DNA from: Oliverpabstia sp.
GTDB lineage: Bacteria > Bacillota > Clostridia > Lachnospirales > Lachnospiraceae
DNA: 60,416 bases
Assembly: GCA_051888835.1 (NCBI GenBank)
Contig: JBJFCH010000082.1
Location: 10,426 to 70,841, forward strand
Direction: 5' to 3'
Below are positions 58,554 to 60,416 of the stretch, piece by piece. The notes under the pieces were generated by a model. It saw nothing but the letters and a program-made list of their open reading frames with translations. It had not been told where the DNA came from and made no database searches. The position numbers and the translations under genes are program-made. Position 1 is the stretch's first letter, and each line of letters opens with the position of its first letter.

Positions 58554-59420
58554 ATGAAACGGGTAAAATTGACAGTGGCCTATGACGGGACTAACTACTG
58601 TGGATGGCAAATACAGCCCAATGGGCTGTCTGTGCAGGAGGTACTGAACCGATACTTAAGCGAGTTGTTGGGAGAAACGATCTCTACTATTGGAGCCAGT
58701 CGGACGGATGCAGGTGTGCATGCACTGGGAAATGTGGCGGTATTTGATACCAATGCCCGGATGCCGGCAGATAAAATCTCCTTTGCACTGAATACTCGGC
58801 TGCCGGAGGATATTCGCATTCAGGATTCCCGGGAAGTACCCTCTGATTTTCATCCCAGATTTCAGAAAACAATAAAAACATATGAGTACAAAATATATAA
58901 CCGCAGATTTCCGGATCCTACCAAACGGCTATATACGTATTTTTATTATTATCCGCTTGATGTGGAAAAAATGCGGGAAGGCGCTTCCTATCTTATAGGG
59001 GAGCATGACTTTAAAAGCTTTTCTACTTACAAGCCTGAGGTGGAGAGTACGGTTCGTACCATTTATTCTCTGACTGTGAATCGTTCAGAAGATGATGTGA
59101 TAACCATACGGATCCAGGGAAATGGATTTTTATATAATATGGTCAGAATCATAGCCGGTACGTTGATTCGTGTGGGCGGTGGTTACTATCCGCCGGAACA
59201 TGTGAAGGCAATACTGGAAGGAAAAAACCGTGAGCTTGCCGGTGAGACGGCAAGACCGGAAGGATTGACTCTGGTGGCAATCCATTATCCGGAAACGGAG
59301 TGGAAAGACACCGAAGAAAATGTGGATAATGCAATCCAAAATAGCGGCATCGTGTGGAAAAAACATGAAAAATCAACCGAAAATATAGAAAAAACAGTTG
59401 ACACACACGGGTCAGTATAA
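58554..59420 (+). CDS. truA: tRNA pseudouridine(38-40) synthase
   Basis: YDGTNYCGWQ, SRTDAGVHA, GFLYNMVR. Confidence 0.96.
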   Translation: MKRVKLTVAYDGTNYCGWQIQPNGLSVQEVLNRYLSELLGETISTIGASRTDAGVHALGNVAVFDTNARMPADKISFALNTRLPEDIRIQDSREVPSDFHPRFQKTIKTYEYKIYNRRFPDPTKRLYTYFYYYPLDVEKMREGASYLIGEHDFKSFSTYKPEVESTVRTIYSLTVNRSEDDVITIRIQGNGFLYNMVRIIAGTLIRVGGGYYPPEHVKAILEGKNRELAGETARPEGLTLVAIHYPETEWKDTEENVDNAIQNSGIVWKKHEKSTENIEKTVDTHGSV

Positions 59421-59426
59421 TATAAT
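59398..59426 (+). promoter_or_regulatory. Consensus sigma-A promoter of rplM-rpsI
   Basis: TTGACA-17-TATAAT perfect consensus. Confidence 0.9.
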
Positions 59427-59431
59427 ATCTC

Positions 59432-59490
59432 AATGTGACGTAGTGCGAAAATGCCTTACCAAAGCCCCGGAAAAGGTATTTTACATTATA
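59432..59490 (+). promoter_or_regulatory. L13 leader (ribosomal protein autoregulatory RNA)
   Basis: AATGT..AAAATGCCTT-ACCAAAGCCCCGGAA-AAGGTATTTT-ACATT hairpin with GCCCCGG loop upstream of rplM. Confidence 0.7.
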
Positions 59491-59531
59491 GATAATTACA
59501 GTTAAAAGTTTGAATAACAGGAGGGAAATCC

Positions 59532-59960
59532 ATGAACAGTTTTATGGCTAATCCAGATAAGATTGAAAGAAAATGGTATGTAGTAGACGCTGAAGGCTGT
59601 ACATTAGGCCGTTTGGCTTCCAATGTAGCAAGTGTTTTAAGAGGAAAAAACAAACCAGTTTTCACTCCTCATGTAGATACAGGTGATTACGTAATCGTAA
59701 TCAATGCTGATAAAGTAAAAGTAACCGGAAAAAAACTGGATCAGAAAGTTTATTACAACCACTCTGATTATGTTGGTGGTATGAGAGAAACTACTCTGAG
59801 AGAGATGATGGCTAAAAAACCTGAAAAAGTTATTGAGCTTGCAGTAAAAGGTATGCTGCCAAAGGGACCTCTGGGAAGACAGATGATCAAAAAACTTCAC
59901 GTATACGCTGGTGCTGAACATGCTCATGCAGCTCAGAAACCGGAAGTATTAACATTTTAA
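59532..59960 (+). CDS. rplM: 50S ribosomal protein L13
   Basis: [27 protein letters not shown]. Confidence 0.98.
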   Translation: MNSFMANPDKIERKWYVVDAEGCTLGRLASNVASVLRGKNKPVFTPHVDTGDYVIVINADKVKVTGKKLDQKVYYNHSDYVGGMRETTLREMMAKKPEKVIELAVKGMLPKGPLGRQMIKKLHVYAGAEHAHAAQKPEVLTF

Positions 59961-59977
59961 TGAGGAGGTAAAGAACA

Positions 59978-60370
59978 TTGGCTAATACAAGATTCTACGG
60001 AACAGGAAGAAGAAAAAAATCTATCGCAAGAGTTTATCTGACACCAGGTACAGGTAAAATCACAATCAATAAAAGAGATATCGATGAGTATTTCGGTCTG
60101 GAAACTCTGAAAGTAGTAGTTCGTCAGCCGCTGGTAGCAACTGACACAGTTGATAAATTTGATGTTCTGGTAAATGTTCACGGTGGTGGATTTACAGGAC
60201 AGGCTGGAGCAATCCGTCATGGTATTTCCCGTGCTCTTCTGCAGGCAGACGCTGAGTACAGACCGGTTCTGAAGAAAGCTGGTTACCTGACTCGTGACCC
60301 GAGAATGAAAGAACGTAAGAAATACGGTCTCAAAGCAGCCCGTCGCGCACCTCAGTTCTCCAAGAGATAA
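59978..60370 (+). CDS. rpsI: 30S ribosomal protein S9
   Basis: [35 protein letters not shown]; TTG start with GAGGAGG RBS. Confidence 0.98.
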   Translation: MANTRFYGTGRRKKSIARVYLTPGTGKITINKRDIDEYFGLETLKVVVRQPLVATDTVDKFDVLVNVHGGGFTGQAGAIRHGISRALLQADAEYRPVLKKAGYLTRDPRMKERKKYGLKAARRAPQFSKR

Positions 60371-60416
60371 TTGGTCGCGTTTTTACAATCAAAAAGGCTC
60401 AAAAACCCCGGAAAAT

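Overview
A 60-kb chromosomal window from a low-GC spore-forming Firmicute, most consistent with Lachnospiraceae/Clostridia. It is mostly housekeeping: TPP riboswitch-thiC; a GH3, LUD, radical SAM, oxidoreductase, addB-addA, DUF89 gene run; a PadR-DUF1700-DUF4097-PspC envelope-stress operon; T-box-thrS; AraC-GH31; a two-component system; ktrB-ktrA-kdpD-kdpE; proC-DJ1-tig-clpP-clpX-lon-engB; fused ecfA/A'-ecfT-truA-rplM-rpsI. I see no rRNA, tRNA, CRISPR array, prophage or intact transposase. The most interesting signals are non-coding or vestigial: (1) a probable HMP-PP (thiS-motif) riboswitch in tandem with the TPP aptamer, followed by a further ~230-nt densely folded leader before thiC; (2) a candidate minus-strand sRNA with an exposed C-rich anti-Shine-Dalgarno-like bulge just downstream of an uncharacterised ABC-class ATPase; (3) several multi-hairpin REP/MITE-like elements, two loci sharing an exact 19-mer; (4) an Rpn nuclease gene whose nuclease part is deleted while an internally initiated RpnS-like C-terminus stays intact; (5) KdpDE apparently coupled to a Ktr/Trk system via a KdpE-like box; (6) three deletion scars. 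All calls are by-eye motif recognition; no database searches were run.
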